DNA from: Aplysia californica
Taxonomy: Eukaryota
Direction: 5' to 3'
NCBI RefSeq assembly: GCF_000002075.1
Contig: NW_004797434.1
Span: forward strand, 11,295-75,294
Length of the DNA: 64,000 nucleotides
Below are positions 61,201-64,000 of this stretch, piece by piece. The stretch's first letter is position 1, and the number at the start of each line of letters is the position of its first letter. Made by a program: the position numbers and the translations under genes. The notes beneath the pieces were generated by a model that saw nothing but the letters and a program-made list of their open reading frames with translations, was not told the DNA's origin and searched no databases.

Positions 61201-62547
61201 AAATTTAAAATGGCCCAGAAATTGTTTTGTCTCTGTTTTTTTAAATCTCGCATGGTTTGCATGTGCCACTCATGATTTGCTCTTGAAGCTGACCATAGGT
61301 TGCTGTACATTTCATTTTACAACAGTGCGGTCAGCTTCATTTTGTTTCAGTAGTACACAAATGCTACATGATAAATGGGGGTTATATTTGACAGACTACG
61401 ACTAAGTGGAATATGGTAATTCTGGCATGCCTAATTAGTTAAGTTATGACCTGGCAGATGGCCAGCTTCGAGGTCATTAGCCAGGCAAATGTCAGTCTTA
61501 TGAACTTGCATATGTTCTACATTTGAATGTGATAGGGGTTATTAATTGTTCTCACCCTGCCTGGAACACATCTTCCAGTTTTCTTTAAAATGAATCTAAT
61601 GCTCCACTTTTAAAATTGTTTGTCCAGATTGCAGTCAGTGTAATGACATTGCTTTAGTAGGTAAATCACATTACTACAAATATAGTTGCATTTAGCTGGG
61701 CTAGAAAGGACCTTTTCATCCCAGTACTTGAATCAAATTATCATCTTCTTAGTTCATTATAGGATTTGTTGTTTGTTGCTTGTTTTCATGTTAGTTTCAT
61801 GTGTTTATGTGCGTCCGTTTATTCTTTTGTTTGTAAGTCAGTGTGGGAAGTTGTGTCTATTTTCCAATTCCCTGTCCAGGTTGCAGCCTGTGTGTTTACA
61901 TGAGGTGTAACAAAATTTACCTTATACTTGCTTGATTAAATTTGAATTGATGAGCTCATAGGATAGGGTGTTACAATATTTATTCTACCTCTCAAAACAG
62001 TTTCAAAGGGGCTTTCTAATTTGGAGAGAGCCATGGGTGTGTATTATTGCATGTCTTTCTTTTTGTATAAGTGTGACTGAGACTTCAAATTTATTTTTCT
62101 CAAAACATAGAAATGTTAGCAACTAGGAAAGCTGGTCTTTTTCAAGCTCATGTATATGTTATGAATTTGATTTATTCTAATGGAAAGTCTATATTTATAG
62201 TTTTCTGTTGGTCGTGCTGAGGAGCAGTCAGGCACAACACAGTTTTATTTTGGGTTTGGCTTTCCTTTCAGTCAGGCGTCTGCATCTGTCATGTCTGTTA
62301 GGCATTGAAATTAAAGTTTGTAATATGAATGGTATTGTTTGTAACACCTTTAAATTTTTCTGTTGTTTTTTTTTTCTCTCCAGACCCGAAGGCACCCAAA
62401 GTTTGTAGTGAAAGAAATGGAGAGCATGTATTTAGAGGAATTAAAGTCTTCCATCAATAAACTCAAGTCTAACCTGGAAAGTTTGCCTGTGTCCAAAGGC
62501 GGAGCTGATTCTAAGTACTCTTTGCAAAAACTCAAGCGTTACAACAG
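54419..62547 (+). CDS. CADPS: Calcium-dependent secretion activator (CAPS/UNC-31), 3'-partial; exons 54419-55213, 59427-59507, 62384-62547
   Basis: [11 protein letters not shown] start; [78 protein letters not shown] and [16 protein letters not shown] are hallmark CAPS sequences. Confidence 0.97.
59427..59507 (+). CDS. CADPS: CADPS coding exon 2
   Basis: tttcag|[27 protein letters not shown]|gtaagt. Confidence 0.95.
59953..60193 (+). repeat. Dispersed repeat; uninterrupted version of the host sequence split by MITEs at 51.8-53.2 kb
   Basis: atattcatttcattaggcaacag...gtctaacattat|gtgttcaagtttacacaa...(ct)n(ca)n equals ~51796-51887 joined to ~53018-53170. Confidence 0.85.
62384..62547 (+). 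CDS. CADPS: CADPS coding exon 3
   Basis: ctccag|[54 protein letters not shown]|gtaatt. Confidence 0.95.
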
Positions 62548-64000
62548 GTAATTTTTCAATTGCGTAGCTGCTATTGTGTTTGGATTTATGTAGAATTTGC
62601 CGAGCAGATGTAAGTTCAATCCTAGCGTTAAGAAGTAAAATTTAATGCAGAAGGTAAGCCCTACAGTATACCACCAGCTCTCAATATCCACCTGTTTGTT
62701 TCCTTTGCACAGTGAGCAAAATTTCTTGCCTTGTGTTTACATGGAGAATGCACAGCTGATGCATATTCTTTCCTTCCTCCTCCTCCCTCCCTCCCTCCAT
62801 CAATCTCACTCTTCATGCTTTTCATGTTATATTTTGAGATTAGAGTCTTGTTCGTCTTGAACACTCCTTTTAGAAAGTGAAAGTTGTCCAGATTTGTGAA
62901 TATTGGCTAACTGTTCTTGTTTCAAGTACTGCTGTGTCTTATGCGAATTGTTCCAGTTTCTGCACATAGAGTTCTTTGAGCTTCTTTTAAAATAAATGGA
63001 TATTGATCGTAAGTTAACTTTAAAGTTTCTTCCAAATTATAATCTTCCATAAATAAGGCTGTAGTTGGCTTTATTATTTCTTATATTTATTAGCCATGAA
63101 GTATGAAAATATGTTTTGATTAAACTTCTCTTTGTCAGGAGGTATTATTGGGGATTTTTTTCTAAAACTTTTTAGCTCACAGTTTTTGTGAAAAAGTAGA
63201 ATACTTGTTTTTGTCATAATTGTTATATATGGGTCTTACAACTCTGCTAGACTACTATATGAAATTGTGTTTGAGTTTAACATACTTTCTGGCACTCTTT
63301 CGCTCACCTTGCGCAATTGATCCATAGTGTTACTGTTTTTATCCTCCAACCTCTAACCTCTGTTATGCTGTAAACCTCTCGCTGAGCAGGCCTGCAGCCC
63401 AAACCTCTCCTACAAGGTACTCTGTCTAGGAACAGCAAGCTTTAGTGAATAACAACTTGATGGAATCCTTTATGTTATGTTATTTCATTTTTTGTCCTTT
63501 TTTTATTCAGTTTATTCCCTTTCTTTTTCAGTAAAACTGTCAGTCAACGCAATATTGTCCTTCTGGTTATTTTTAAAAATTGTGGATTGCGTCGAAGACA
63601 AAGTCATTTCCTCATCCATAATCCCATCTTTGAGTTTTTATTATGTTTGTAAATTAATTTGTTGACTATGAATCATCTGTGATTTTTTTGTCTTCCACGC
63701 ACATCAGAAAATTTTAGTTTTGATTGTTCTAGTAGGTCTTCTAATTCCAATGTTTCCCCTTTCATTTCTCGTTCCCTGCTTCCATCTTAATGTTCACTGC
63801 ATCAGTGTTATTTTCAAATGGCTTTTAGTTTTGTTGAGAAAGTATGGTCCTGGTATTTTATATTTTTCGACATTTCTGCATCTAGAATAGTATCAGGGAT
63901 ATTTTTATTGGGCGGCAGGTGGAGAATATGTTGTAGTTAGGGGTACTGGATGTAGAAAGTAGTGCACCAGCTGTAATATCTTATCATGCATCAATTATTT

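Overview
Intron-rich animal genomic DNA, probably a lophotrochozoan such as a mollusc (inferred from the repeat types, not proven). It holds three protein-coding genes, reconstructed by hand from splice sites and reading phase. (1) MRPL42, mitochondrial ribosomal protein L42: the last five coding exons on + (407-4131). (2) A complete KMT2E/SETD5 (MLL5/UpSET-type PHD+SET) gene on -: 27 coding exons, 12762-42995, about 2373 aa, with one GC-AG intron and one 2.2-kb Ser/acidic exon. (3) CADPS/CAPS (UNC-31): the first three coding exons on +, from 54419. KMT2E and CADPS lie head-to-head across a probable bidirectional promoter at about 54.06-54.4 kb. Non-coding DNA is crowded with non-autonomous elements: a tRNA-headed SINE, a short headless retro-element with the same 3' tail, RTE LINE ends, and Tc1/pogo-, piggyBac-, hAT- and Mutator-like MITEs. 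The most notable structures are a 625-bp tandem repeat that can be traced to unequal crossing-over between two neighbouring MITE insertions, a ~142-bp tandem array whose junctions are each interrupted by a different transposon, a retro-element insertion that duplicated a KMT2E splice acceptor, and candidate poison exons and microexons. I found no evidence for a new protein family or a prokaryote-type system.
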